Shown here: piece by piece, positions 45,398-54,866 of the stretch | Layout: each line of letters starts with the position of its first letter | Position numbering within the stretch: the first letter of the stretch is position 1 | Source of the DNA: a virus | Length of the DNA stretch: 64,000 bases | Virus record (IMG/VR): IMGVR_UViG_3300030329_005426 | Location: 64,001 to 128,000 of that record | Direction: 5' to 3' (one strand) | Made by a program: the position numbers and the translations under genes | The notes under the pieces: generated by a model | What the model saw: the letters and a program-made list of their open reading frames with translations, nothing else | What the model was told of the DNA's origin: nothing | Database searches by the model: none

Positions 45398-46380
45398 TCT
45401 GTAATAGCTAATTTGAGTTTAAGAGTTGAAGCAGTATTTTGATTTATAATTTCTAGGATTTCAGCAGCCTTATAACCTGCAAGTATCATTTCATTAATAT
45501 CCTTTTCTTCAATTTCTTTTGGCCACACGCAGACAGAATATCCACCCTGCTCTGCCTTTTCCATTATTTTGACTACCTCTTTATTCCGTGGCGTATTATC
45601 GAATACAAGTGTAGTCCGCGTTTTATCTAATTTGTGTAATGCCCGTGATAAGTCAGCACCTCCTACAGCTACTGCATTAGGTAAAAACATAGAATCAAAT
45701 GGGCCTTCAGTGACATATACTCGTTCTTTACGATTTATTTTATCCATACCATATACTAAAGGCTCGTCTTTAGTAAGCTTAATCGTCATATACCTGAAGC
45801 GATTATTATCAATAGCACGGGCCTGAAAAGCAAATATACCTTGTTCGTTCTTAAACGGTATAACTATACGACCCTCAGTACCTATTATACGGTCTTCATA
45901 TTCAGGTGATAATTGTTCTAAGCTTTGAACATTATCCACCCATAGCAATTCAGATTCTGGTAACTGTCTGTTCCTAATGTATTCGCGGCCAGGATGATTA
46001 GAGTCTAAATCTTCTAGCGAGATTAAAAAATCCCACTTCATTTTAGGTTTAAATTTAGGGATAAAATCTAATTCATTGTTAGCTGCTTCTGGTCTATTTC
46101 TTCCTTGCCCTTCTTTATACTTTTCTATATTATACTGCTTGACTAAGAGTGGATCAACCTCTTTCAATAGACCATGCATATTTGTTCCGTGGCCACAGTT
46201 ATGACATTTGAATGATAAGCCGCTTTTCGTTTTATAAAGATATCCCCTTGCTTTAAATCTATTCTTATGGGAATCGCCACAAAAAGGGCAACGAAAATTA
46301 TAAAGGTCATCGCCCTTCTTTGAAAATCGTTCTAATCTAGGGGAACATAAACCAGCGTACTTATGGTCTAACCAAAGCAT
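45382..46380 (-). CDS. gp61: DNA primase
   Basis: RCPFCGDS...CHNC zinc finger, VTEGPFDSMF, FDNTPRN, KDINEM. Confidence 0.95.
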   Translation of the reverse strand: MLWLDHKYAGLCSPRLERFSKKGDDLYNFRCPFCGDSHKNRFKARGYLYKTKSGLSFKCHNCGHGTNMHGLLKEVDPLLVKQYNIEKYKEGQGRNRPEAANNELDFIPKFKPKMKWDFLISLEDLDSNHPGREYIRNRQLPESELLWVDNVQSLEQLSPEYEDRIIGTEGRIVIPFKNEQGIFAFQARAIDNNRFRYMTIKLTKDEPLVYGMDKINRKERVYVTEGPFDSMFLPNAVAVGGADLSRALHKLDKTRTTLVFDNTPRNKEVVKIMEKAEQGGYSVCVWPKEIEEKDINEMILAGYKAAEILEIINQNTASTLKLKLAITDWKKC

Positions 46381-46431
46381 TCTTCACATACTCATCACAA
46401 TTTTAATATATTAAATTATAACACAGATGAC

Positions 46432-46815
46432 TTAATTAAACAAGTCTTTAAGAGAAATAATTGTTGACATGAGAAATCCGATTGCTGCGCCGATACCAAC
46501 AACAAACCATTTCCATTTTTCTAGGCGGGCGATTCGTTCGCTAACTTCTTTGTGCTGTATTTCATTTTCTTCGCGGAGATTATCAATTTTATCCGAAATA
46601 TCTTTTTTAAAATCAGTAATTCTTTGATGTATAATTTCGTTCTGTTTTTCGGTTGTTTGGAGTCTTGACTCATGTACGGCGAGCATCTTTTCAATATTAA
46701 TTGATACTTCCGATAGGCGATCAATAGCAACATCAAATTTATCTGCTAGTCCTACGACAGCATCAATATCTCTTTTAAGTATTTCTATTTCAACTTTAGA
46801 TTCAGTGTCCGCCAT
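46432..46815 (-). CDS. Coiled-coil protein with C-terminal TM
   Basis: MLAVHE.RL, LEKWKW followed by a TM. Confidence 0.6.
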   Translation of the reverse strand: MADTESKVEIEILKRDIDAVVGLADKFDVAIDRLSEVSINIEKMLAVHESRLQTTEKQNEIIHQRITDFKKDISDKIDNLREENEIQHKEVSERIARLEKWKWFVVGIGAAIGFLMSTIISLKDLFN

Positions 46816-47056
46816 TGTTCTCTAGCCTTTTTATTCTTTCTTTTAAGTTATCAAGCTCGCCGGCGACATGAGGGTGTTTCTTTCGCCACTTTTCCTCATC
46901 CTTAAGAATTTTAATATTTAGTTTTTTGGCACTCCAAGTAAACACGTTATCAACGGTTCGATAAAACCATTTTCCACATTTAGTATCTGCGAACCAACTA
47001 TCTGCTGCACTGCCTAATATACTACCTGCAATATTAGAAATTAACCAAAACCACAT
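46802..47056 (-). CDS. Hypothetical protein
   Basis: Co-oriented, overlapping neighbours. Confidence 0.55.
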   Translation of the reverse strand: MWFWLISNIAGSILGSAADSWFADTKCGKWFYRTVDNVFTWSAKKLNIKILKDEEKWRKKHPHVAGELDNLKERIKRLENNGGH

Positions 47057-47271
47057 TAATGAACCCCTTTGTATCGTCTTTGCAATTGACCGTAGTCAAT
47101 AATTTTAAGTAAATATAATGTATCATATAATGGGAGTTCTTTATTAAACAATTCCTGTGCGTTGGTAATAGATTGTTTCATGCCTTTGAGATCCCAGTAT
47201 GAAAGATCTCTTGCATGTTGAACCATAGAGTCTTTGCCCCAATTATTTTTATTTGATATCGGATTCCACAT
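47056..47271 (-). CDS. Hypothetical protein
   Basis: Co-oriented ORF. Confidence 0.4.
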   Translation of the reverse strand: MWNPISNKNNWGKDSMVQHARDLSYWDLKGMKQSITNAQELFNKELPLYDTLYLLKIIDYGQLQRRYKGVH

Positions 47272-47398
47272 CTGATCGTTCCTCTGTAGGCTTTCTTTTA
47301 TACTCTTCAGGCACTTTACCCCATCCTACTACACGATCCCAATCTCGTTGAGTATAACCTTGTGTGTCTATAATATAGTCCTTAGGTTTATTCGGCAT
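47249..47398 (-). CDS. Hypothetical small protein
   Basis: Likely start MPNK; GYTQRDWDRVVGWG. Confidence 0.45.
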   Translation of the reverse strand: MPNKPKDYIIDTQGYTQRDWDRVVGWGKVPEEYKRKPTEERSDVESDIK

Positions 47399-47882
47399 CT
47401 TTTTTACTCGCTGGAAACATTCCAAAAGATCTAACAGACCAATAAGCAGAATACTTTTTAAATCCAGCGACTTTTGGATCAGCAGCATGCATACCTAACA
47501 GAAAAATCTTATCCGATAAAGCACGGGCCCTGACCCATTTCGTTTTACTAAAACCACCCGGATCACCAGTGCGACAATTTTTATCATAATACTTACGCAA
47601 TACTGCATATAGATGATCATGAATAACTGCTGCTCTGGCAACATCCCATGGCGCGATAACATTCCACACAACGCGGGGGACTGATGCTAGATCTGTTTTC
47701 ATACCTTTTTTACAAGTAACTCTGCCTGTCTTAGTAATATTAGCACCTACTTCCTGTAATAGTGCTATATCATCAGAGGTAATACCATGACCCTTGACGG
47801 TAAAAGATAAGCTCTTTTCCAACACCCAAGTTTTAGGTGGTGTAAACTCAGCGCTGATCTTTCCATTAAATTTACAACTCAT
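47388..47882 (-). CDS. DUF1353-like protein
   Basis: G..TDLASVPR..W, AAVIHDHLY, SDKIF..GM, Y.SVR.FG. Confidence 0.8.
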   Translation of the reverse strand: MSCKFNGKISAEFTPPKTWVLEKSLSFTVKGHGITSDDIALLQEVGANITKTGRVTCKKGMKTDLASVPRVVWNVIAPWDVARAAVIHDHLYAVLRKYYDKNCRTGDPGGFSKTKWVRARALSDKIFLLGMHAADPKVAGFKKYSAYWSVRSFGMFPASKKDAE

Positions 47883-48376
47883 CTCTTCTTGCTCCCGAAT
47901 AAATTGGTGACGCCGTCTAACAATCCTTTGCTTTCGGCTTCTTTATTTTTCTTTTCAGCTTCCTTGATCTTTTCTTGTTGCTCTGTTTCTAATCGATCAA
48001 GTTTCTCATTCTGTGACTTGTAATACTTTTCGTATGCTTCGATCTTAGCTTTCTGTTGTGATGTAAGCTGTTTAATCTTAGCCATATTTAGCGCTAGAAT
48101 CTCATATCCTTTATCTGTTAATCCGAAAATAACAGTTTCATAGCCTTTCTTCTCCAGTTCGGCCATCACCTTATCAATGTTCTCTTTGGTGACAATATAC
48201 CACTGGATCTGTTCAAGCTCTAAAGGATCAACACCCGGAAGATCCAAAGGAACTCTTTCAATAGGAACACTAGCAATCTCTATTTGCTTAACAGAACTAC
48301 AACTACTGACTAGGAGTGTAGCTAGGATTAGCAATATCGGGGCACATAGTGTTGATCTTAGATTTCCTATCCGCAT
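47879..48376 (-). CDS. Outer-membrane spanin-like lipoprotein
   Basis: Lipobox VSSC, Pro-rich segment, coiled coil; overlaps the i-spanin gene. Confidence 0.65.
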   Translation of the reverse strand: MRIGNLRSTLCAPILLILATLLVSSCSSVKQIEIASVPIERVPLDLPGVDPLELEQIQWYIVTKENIDKVMAELEKKGYETVIFGLTDKGYEILALNMAKIKQLTSQQKAKIEAYEKYYKSQNEKLDRLETEQQEKIKEAEKKNKEAESKGLLDGVTNLFGSKKR

Positions 48377-48791
48377 TTGCTTCTTTCTCCGTCAGGGGTT
48401 TGCCAGACAAGATTTCAAAGCATCTCATCATATTGCTACTACCCTTGTTAATAATCTTTTGTATTGGCCTTGGCTTTGCTTGCGCCAATTTACCAATATC
48501 ACGAGCACCTAATAGCTTACTGACCTTGTTGAACTTCTTGTTCATCTCTTCGGTCTGCTTACGCGACTCTTCGAACTTCTTCATAGCATCAGTAGCAACG
48601 TCATGAGCTAGACGAAGATCTTTCTTTGTTTGTTCGATTGTTTGTTTTTGAATTGTTACAGCTGTTTCCAGCTTTGCATTATTTGAGTGTAGTATAGCCA
48701 TTTTTTCTTGTGTATCATTATAATACCAATATCCCATACCACCCATAGCTATCATCAATACTAACATAACACCTGCCAATTTTAATCCCAT
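48303..48791 (-). CDS. Inner-membrane spanin-like protein
   Basis: N-terminal TM, long coiled coil, C-terminal Cys. Confidence 0.65.
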   Translation of the reverse strand: MGLKLAGVMLVLMIAMGGMGYWYYNDTQEKMAILHSNNAKLETAVTIQKQTIEQTKKDLRLAHDVATDAMKKFEESRKQTEEMNKKFNKVSKLLGARDIGKLAQAKPRPIQKIINKGSSNMMRCFEILSGKPLTEKEANADRKSKINTMCPDIANPSYTPSQ

Positions 48792-48793
48792 AA

Positions 48794-49375
48794 TTAACCT
48801 CGCGATGCGGCTTGTTGTTTAGCCTTCTTAATTAATTTATCCGCTGTAGACTGTTGTGCTTTCTTTTCTTCATATCGACGGCGGCGAAGGAATGCCAAGC
48901 CATCGACCTTATTTCTCTTACGTTTATTGGTTGGATGGGCTGGCGCCCAATGAACCTTATCAGAACCAGTGCCAACTACGGCAGCACCTGTAGCATTTGT
49001 AGGTACTTCTTCTCTTAAATCAATCCATGGTTTATGTGATGATTCTTTTAATTCATTAATTTCGTGTTTTAATAGTGCTTTAAGATCGTTATCTGAATAT
49101 TGTTCTAAATCGTTTTCTCGTAGTAACAATAAAGCTGCTGCGTAGTTGGCTATCCTAGATTGGCCTCCAGGAATTTTTGCTAGTAATCTTTTGAGATTAA
49201 CAACCATACGGTCGAAATAACCGTATGCATTCTTCTCAGCCTCTGTCTTTGCGTTACGTATTTTTTTACCGTTTGCATCAATTAGACCAAGTCTATGGGC
49301 TTCCATCTCATTAAATGGAGTTACCAGCCGTTTTAAAAACGCATATGTAAAAACTACATCGCTTGCACGTGCCAT
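48794..49375 (-). CDS. Conserved T4-like hypothetical protein
   Basis: FLK.LVTPF...AH.LG.ID..GK, RMV.NLKRLL, LREEVPTN. Confidence 0.65.
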   Translation of the reverse strand: MARASDVVFTYAFLKRLVTPFNEMEAHRLGLIDANGKKIRNAKTEAEKNAYGYFDRMVVNLKRLLAKIPGGQSRIANYAAALLLLRENDLEQYSDNDLKALLKHEINELKESSHKPWIDLREEVPTNATGAAVVGTGSDKVHWAPAHPTNKRKRNKVDGLAFLRRRRYEEKKAQQSTADKLIKKAKQQAASRG

Positions 49376-49767
49376 TAGATTTCCCTCAGACGTTCGACTA
49401 TTAATGCATTAAGTTCCACCTCATCATCTTTAACAGTGATCCCTTCAAAACCTATCCCAGTAATTTGTGTTGGCCAGTAATTTATATAAATCAAGAATGG
49501 CTTCAAGAAATCTAGGTATTCATATAACTTAAAAACCAGCATTTTCGTACAAGCAGTTGGTTCAAACACATTGTATAATACAATAAGATGATTAAGTATT
49601 AAGCGTTCTTTCAATTCACCAGTTTCCCGGTATCTTCGAAAAAGTCTTTTAATATACTTAATACGGTTCAAATCATCCTGAAATTCTAAGAGATCCATGC
49701 ACTGTGGATTATCATAAAACTTCATTGCGATCATACTAAAATTGGAATCATCAATATTTTCAAACAT
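49375..49767 (-). CDS. Conserved T4-like hypothetical protein
   Basis: YDNPQC, DL.RIKYIKRL, ERLILNH.I.LYNVF. Confidence 0.7.
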   Translation of the reverse strand: MFENIDDSNFSMIAMKFYDNPQCMDLLEFQDDLNRIKYIKRLFRRYRETGELKERLILNHLIVLYNVFEPTACTKMLVFKLYEYLDFLKPFLIYINYWPTQITGIGFEGITVKDDEVELNALIVERLREI

Positions 49768-49770
49768 AAT

Positions 49771-50178
49771 TTAGAAACTACTCAATGCTGCCTTCTTCCA
49801 TATATTGTTAGCTACACAAACATAAATGTTATCGGTATCAAATTTAATCTGTCCGTGTGTTCCCGTGTCGGTATTCGAACTCGGTGTTGATCGAGTCGAA
49901 ATTCTCATTACATTGTTTGCTACTACCAATTGGTTAAGAGTTGTTACTCCTGTACTATTTAGATTGGCAGTAACAGTTGTATTGCTACCATTCAATGTAG
50001 TATTGGCGTTGACAGTAAGCCGGTTAATAACAGTATTAGCCGGCACTGCCCCAAACAGATTTTTTAACGTAATGCTCTTAGACGCAGGAGTACCATTCGG
50101 ATCGTCAACGATCAAAAGTAAATCCTCACTCGCAGACGTCGTCAGAGACGTTAGCTGTGTTACTTTTTGGTCTGCCAT
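49771..50178 (-). CDS. Putative virion structural/fibre protein
   Basis: MADQKVTQL, G..GQI.FD...IYVCVA...WK. Confidence 0.6.
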   Translation of the reverse strand: MADQKVTQLTSLTTSASEDLLLIVDDPNGTPASKSITLKNLFGAVPANTVINRLTVNANTTLNGSNTTVTANLNSTGVTTLNQLVVANNVMRISTRSTPSSNTDTGTHGQIKFDTDNIYVCVANNIWKKAALSSF

Positions 50179-50201
50179 GTTAAGCCTCCCCTACGTTAAA
50201 A

Positions 50202-50861
50202 TTAAGCGCTCGCAACCGTCCAAGTGCTCATGTTGTTAGATACTGCACCGGTGATTACTAGATTAGCAAAACGTCTGGAAGAACCAGCATCGGTATTACC
50301 CCAAGCACAGAGCGAAGCTCCGCCACCGACAACCGTGATTGATTGTGCATTAACTTGGTATGTACCAGAAGCAGCACCACTACCAGCTGTTCCGCCTTGT
50401 GTCTTATATACGAAGACCAAAGTGTTATTAGCATTAATTGCTGGGTTTGCCACTGGGTTACTGTTACAAATAGCAACGGCATGGTTACCGCCAGCTGTAT
50501 TAGCAATCGTAATAGATAGGTTGTTACCACTATTACCACCTACAAACTGTACAGGCTCATTGAAGACAACATATACATTGGCGTTCGTATTACCTACTGG
50601 CGATCCACTTACATAGATCTGAGCAACGTCTGGTACTCCACCAGATTCTTTGCTGCCAGCAGCAACGAGAACTTCGTCGCGGATCCGTCCAGAATTAGTC
50701 TGACGACGTACCCAACCTTTATCGGTTTTAATGACGTTACGCTTATACGCATTGTCGCTATCCCGGCCCAAGAAATAATAGGGCTGGTAACCAGCAATAC
50801 GTCCTGCAGCATTGTTCGCACCTGCTGCGGGATGGGTGCTTTCGTTTCTAAAATCCCACAT
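50202..50861 (-). CDS. Putative virion (head decoration-like) protein
   Basis: GWVRR....GR.R.EVLVA; N/G/A/T-rich beta region. Confidence 0.55.
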   Translation of the reverse strand: MWDFRNESTHPAAGANNAAGRIAGYQPYYFLGRDSDNAYKRNVIKTDKGWVRRQTNSGRIRDEVLVAAGSKESGGVPDVAQIYVSGSPVGNTNANVYVVFNEPVQFVGGNSGNNLSITIANTAGGNHAVAICNSNPVANPAINANNTLVFVYKTQGGTAGSGAASGTYQVNAQSITVVGGGASLCAWGNTDAGSSRRFANLVITGAVSNNMSTWTVASA

Positions 50862-50928
50862 GGGTTTCTCCTTTTCGCTTTTCGGTTTTCCTACTCGGCA
50901 TAATAAAATGATTCAATAGTGTTATTAT

Positions 50929-52269
50929 TTATTTATTCTTTAATTCGTCAGAAATGAAGGCTGCATATAAATCACCTGCAACGACCTCTTCTCTGATTCC
51001 AAGACGTTTCATTGCTTTCTTAATAACATCGCGGGCATCTGCATTTTTACCTTTTTTCTTGTACAATGTATAGTAATCATCATACAACTCATCATCCCCA
51101 ATCGGTACATCATCGACGGCCTTTTTCTGTTCAACTTTGTCTTGATTACCAACAGGAATTGGTTTTTTCATCAATTTCCTTAACTTCATCAAGTCATTGC
51201 CTTTAGGTAAATGCCATGTACCTTCTTGTACACTTTCTTTATAATCCTCATCAACTTCAGTTTCCTCTTTCTTGAGGTACGGTGAATCTGGATGAACATT
51301 TTTAGTACCCGCAGGAGGTTTAACTTTCCATTTAATAGCCTGCTTCTTGGGATAGATATGGTCATGAGAATCTTTAGTTGATTCATCAACTTCAGTTTCT
51401 TCTGCAGGGAAATAACCCATTGCTTTATGCTGAGGCCATTGTTTTTTATCAATTACCTTAACACCGGATTTCTTGTGTTTAACCATCATCTCTTTTTTCT
51501 TGTCTTTCAATTGACGAGGTAATTCGGCCTCTTTATTCATTGATGGGCTTGGATTAGGCAATGGTCCTTTCTTACCGGAATAACCAGCTTTTTGATTTTC
51601 TTTAATAATATCCCACGCAATCTCTTCGGTGGCTAATTTAGTTGCCGTGGCGTGCCTAACCTGATCGGCTCGATCGCCATAACGTTTTTCAAAGTCCGAA
51701 TTCTTTTTCATTGCTTTGACAATTTCTTCTTTGGTCTTTTCGAATAATTCTACTTCAACCTCAGCATCTAAAGCTTCTAAAAACATATCGTAATGAGATG
51801 CGTTTGTCTTTTTACTTACGCGCCAGCTTTCTTTTTTCATCTTAGCAAGCTTGATAAGTGGCCTAACATTAGCATCCTTTTTAGGTCCCATTGCTTTCTT
51901 AATGAGATCCTTATCTTTCGCATCCAATTTTTTAATCGACTCCTCAACTTCTTCATCTTCTTTAATTTTCTGCATCGGATCTTCGCCACCTGTCTTATCG
52001 GCTTTGCGAGCATTCTTTGCATTTATCTCATCAATTTTAGGATCCATATCTATTTCTTCTTTATCCTTATCGCCTTTAACGGCTTTAGATATGGCCTTAC
52101 GTTTCTTATGAAGGAACTTATCGGATTTATCTTTATCGCCATCGTTATCGATGTCTCCATCTTCACGATCGTCGTGCTTACCTTTAAGTTCTTCAGGGTC
52201 TACGGGATCCAGCTTTTTGGCCTCGTTCATCAGCCGGATCTGATGTTCTAGTGATCTATATTCAGCCAT
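50929..52269 (-). CDS. Lys/Glu-rich putative internal head (poly)protein
   Basis: Likely start MAEY; DGDIDNDGD motif; recurrent hydrophobic-x-E motifs; EETEVDE twice. Confidence 0.55.
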   Translation of the reverse strand: MAEYRSLEHQIRLMNEAKKLDPVDPEELKGKHDDREDGDIDNDGDKDKSDKFLHKKRKAISKAVKGDKDKEEIDMDPKIDEINAKNARKADKTGGEDPMQKIKEDEEVEESIKKLDAKDKDLIKKAMGPKKDANVRPLIKLAKMKKESWRVSKKTNASHYDMFLEALDAEVEVELFEKTKEEIVKAMKKNSDFEKRYGDRADQVRHATATKLATEEIAWDIIKENQKAGYSGKKGPLPNPSPSMNKEAELPRQLKDKKKEMMVKHKKSGVKVIDKKQWPQHKAMGYFPAEETEVDESTKDSHDHIYPKKQAIKWKVKPPAGTKNVHPDSPYLKKEETEVDEDYKESVQEGTWHLPKGNDLMKLRKLMKKPIPVGNQDKVEQKKAVDDVPIGDDELYDDYYTLYKKKGKNADARDVIKKAMKRLGIREEVVAGDLYAAFISDELKNK

Positions 52270-54820
52270 TCTTTTTCTCCTGTTGCTGGATTTGCCGTGC
52301 TGTAGGGGCAATCTCTGGTTTATGAACGTAATCTTTAAATGCTACTTTAATACCACCTGGATTCTGGCCCGGCGTTTCTGAAGCGTACTTATCGCGCAAT
52401 TCAGCTGTTCCTATTTCATTTTCTTTTACTTGCGCTATATACGCATTAACTCTATCGAATCCAACTTGCTGTGATGTCTTATCTGACGACAGATCATGCA
52501 TTCTAACTCCATCATTATATATCTGTTCGATAATCGATAATTTTATACCGGTTTCATTTGCTTTCTTTTCCAGTGCCTCACTAGCATTCTTTTTTCTTAC
52601 ATTTGCCATTGCGGCTCTATTACGCTGACGCTGATGCCTAACACGCATTTGTTTTTCGCGATTGTCTAGGCGATCTTTCTGATCCTGCTGGCGATCTTTT
52701 AATGCACTTGGAATTGGTGTTCGGGATTCCATTTTCCCTTTACCAATATCTATTGCAGCTTTACGATTTTGCCATACATAAGTTCCGTCAGGCTTTTTAA
52801 TTTTAACACGTTTTTGATCAGCAGCGCGTTCGATATCTTCATCTTGCACTGCCTGTTGTATTTTTTTCTTAACAATATTAGCCTTAATTCTATCTGCACC
52901 TGCCTGCTGTTTTTCGGTTGGTAGTGGTGCAGCTTCTTTCAAGCCAAGTGATTTTTTAACCTTTTCAATTTCCTTAGTATATTTTTGTTGGTTCTTTGAG
53001 CCAGGTTTTTCATTCATGGCTTTATCCATTAGACGCATTAGATCTAGAAAAGGTGTGCTATTAGTATTTACTGTTGCCTCATCAACAGAATTATTTAATG
53101 TAGCAGATGATGAAGTACCAGCTTTCTTTTTCTGTTTGACGAAATGTTTCCATCCATCTTTCTTATCCCAAGATTGTTCTGGTCGTGGGCGGCCTTGTGG
53201 TAGAGGGGCTTCATCTGTTTTAACTGGTTTTTTCTTAAATGTTTTTGTACCATCACCAGAAGCCGTTCGCTTCATTCCACCTTCTTTAAGCTTATCGTAA
53301 TGCTTATTCATATGTTGCTGAGCAGCTTTCATACCAGCACTATTTTTAGGAAATGATTTGTGAACACTACCGGTCGCGTCTAATACATGATGTCCGTCCC
53401 TATCAGAAGAAACATATGGTTTCTGGGTAGCTTCTTCGACGCCTTCCATCTTAAATGTAAGAGGATTCATTTTCTTAGGCGGATTTTTACCCTTTAACGC
53501 ATTATCAAATTCTTTCTTACTCATTGCCATATGATTCATTACCCGGCCTTTATCAATAGATGTACGGGCTTTATTGTATAACGACATTGCTGCCTGAGCC
53601 TGTGGAACAGTAAGTTTAACCTTTTTGCCATCTTCAAACTCAACTGGTTTCATTCCTCGCAACGATATTACCTTACGCAGCTGCATGATGAAGTTTTCAA
53701 TACCTTCATCTTCGTCGCCTGTTGGATTTTTCTTAGGTCGTCCACGGCGCGCTTCTTCGAGCTCCTGCATTGCAATGAAATGATCAAGTGCTTGTTCTTT
53801 TTGACTGCGTGCCTTGCGCACGGATTTTAATCTGTTCATTTCTTTTTTCCTAATTTTTGGCATAAGGCGTCTTGCAATTCGTTTTAGTATACCTGAACCA
53901 CGGCGCTTATCTAACATTTTATCGATAGATATTTTTTGAGCGATTGATAGATTTTTATAGTTAGCACCACGATCACCAGCTAAACGTTTACGCATAAAAT
54001 TAATTGCAGATTTCTTTGCTCTATATTCAAGGCGACTTTTAGGGGCCATTCTAAATTTACGCATCTTACGTAATCGTTTCATCCTTGGTGCGAGTCGTCT
54101 CATTAGTCGTCCACGTTTAATACGTTGCTGGAAACTAAGAGCTTCATCAAACATTTCTTCCAAGTATCCAAGTTCGTCATCAGAATCGAGCTCTTCATCA
54201 AGTTCTTCTAAATCCAAAAACTCAACAAATAAATCTAATTCTTCATCGGAAATATCTTCTTCATGAAATTCATCTTCCATGTCTATAATTTCCATTCCGT
54301 TACGAACATCATCATATAAAGCATCTGCATCAACGCCTGGCGCTACACCTCGTTTGAAGGTATTAAAATCACCCTTAGCTGCAGAGTCTCGCATTTTTGT
54401 TGCTGACATTCCTGATACTCCTTCTCCGTCCGGATCTCGGTCTCCGGCACTAACCACTTTAACTTTATCGAAATTCCAATCCCTGCCGTTATATGTTTCA
54501 AGCATTTTCTTAAATTCATCCACACGATCGCTACCGACAACCATAGTACAGTTATCGTATTTCTTATCTAATTCTTGGACAACTTGGCCCACATTTTTAG
54601 ATCGGGAATTAACAACGGTGCGATTACCAAATGCTCGTTTGGCATGCTTTATTTTTGATTTATAGTCGAGGGGATTCTTTTTCTTGTCTTGTGAATGAGA
54701 CAAGTATATTTTTACATCGGCCCGGTTTGTGCGGGCTTCTTTCCGCATTTTTTCCACGAGCTTTGCGTGTCCTGCGGTGGGCGGGTTCATACGCCCAAAT
54801 GTAAATACAACGGATTTCAT
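52262..54820 (-). CDS. HIGH-family nucleotidyltransferase with a long modular C-terminal extension
   Basis: FGRMNPPTAGH, VGSDR, GMSATKMR in the first ~180 aa; the rest is basic blocks separated by xxE-A junctions. Confidence 0.75.
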   Translation of the reverse strand: MKSVVFTFGRMNPPTAGHAKLVEKMRKEARTNRADVKIYLSHSQDKKKNPLDYKSKIKHAKRAFGNRTVVNSRSKNVGQVVQELDKKYDNCTMVVGSDRVDEFKKMLETYNGRDWNFDKVKVVSAGDRDPDGEGVSGMSATKMRDSAAKGDFNTFKRGVAPGVDADALYDDVRNGMEIIDMEDEFHEEDISDEELDLFVEFLDLEELDEELDSDDELGYLEEMFDEALSFQQRIKRGRLMRRLAPRMKRLRKMRKFRMAPKSRLEYRAKKSAINFMRKRLAGDRGANYKNLSIAQKISIDKMLDKRRGSGILKRIARRLMPKIRKKEMNRLKSVRKARSQKEQALDHFIAMQELEEARRGRPKKNPTGDEDEGIENFIMQLRKVISLRGMKPVEFEDGKKVKLTVPQAQAAMSLYNKARTSIDKGRVMNHMAMSKKEFDNALKGKNPPKKMNPLTFKMEGVEEATQKPYVSSDRDGHHVLDATGSVHKSFPKNSAGMKAAQQHMNKHYDKLKEGGMKRTASGDGTKTFKKKPVKTDEAPLPQGRPRPEQSWDKKDGWKHFVKQKKKAGTSSSATLNNSVDEATVNTNSTPFLDLMRLMDKAMNEKPGSKNQQKYTKEIEKVKKSLGLKEAAPLPTEKQQAGADRIKANIVKKKIQQAVQDEDIERAADQKRVKIKKPDGTYVWQNRKAAIDIGKGKMESRTPIPSALKDRQQDQKDRLDNREKQMRVRHQRQRNRAAMANVRKKNASEALEKKANETGIKLSIIEQIYNDGVRMHDLSSDKTSQQVGFDRVNAYIAQVKENEIGTAELRDKYASETPGQNPGGIKVAFKDYVHKPEIAPTARQIQQQEKKNG

Positions 54821-54858
54821 CCTGGTTTCCCTCGAGCTAACAGGTTGTTATGTTCAAT

Positions 54859-54866
54859 TATTTATA
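54859..54866 (-). promoter_or_regulatory. T4-type late promoter TATAAATA
   Basis: Exact consensus about 40 nt upstream of the nucleotidyltransferase gene. Confidence 0.7.
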
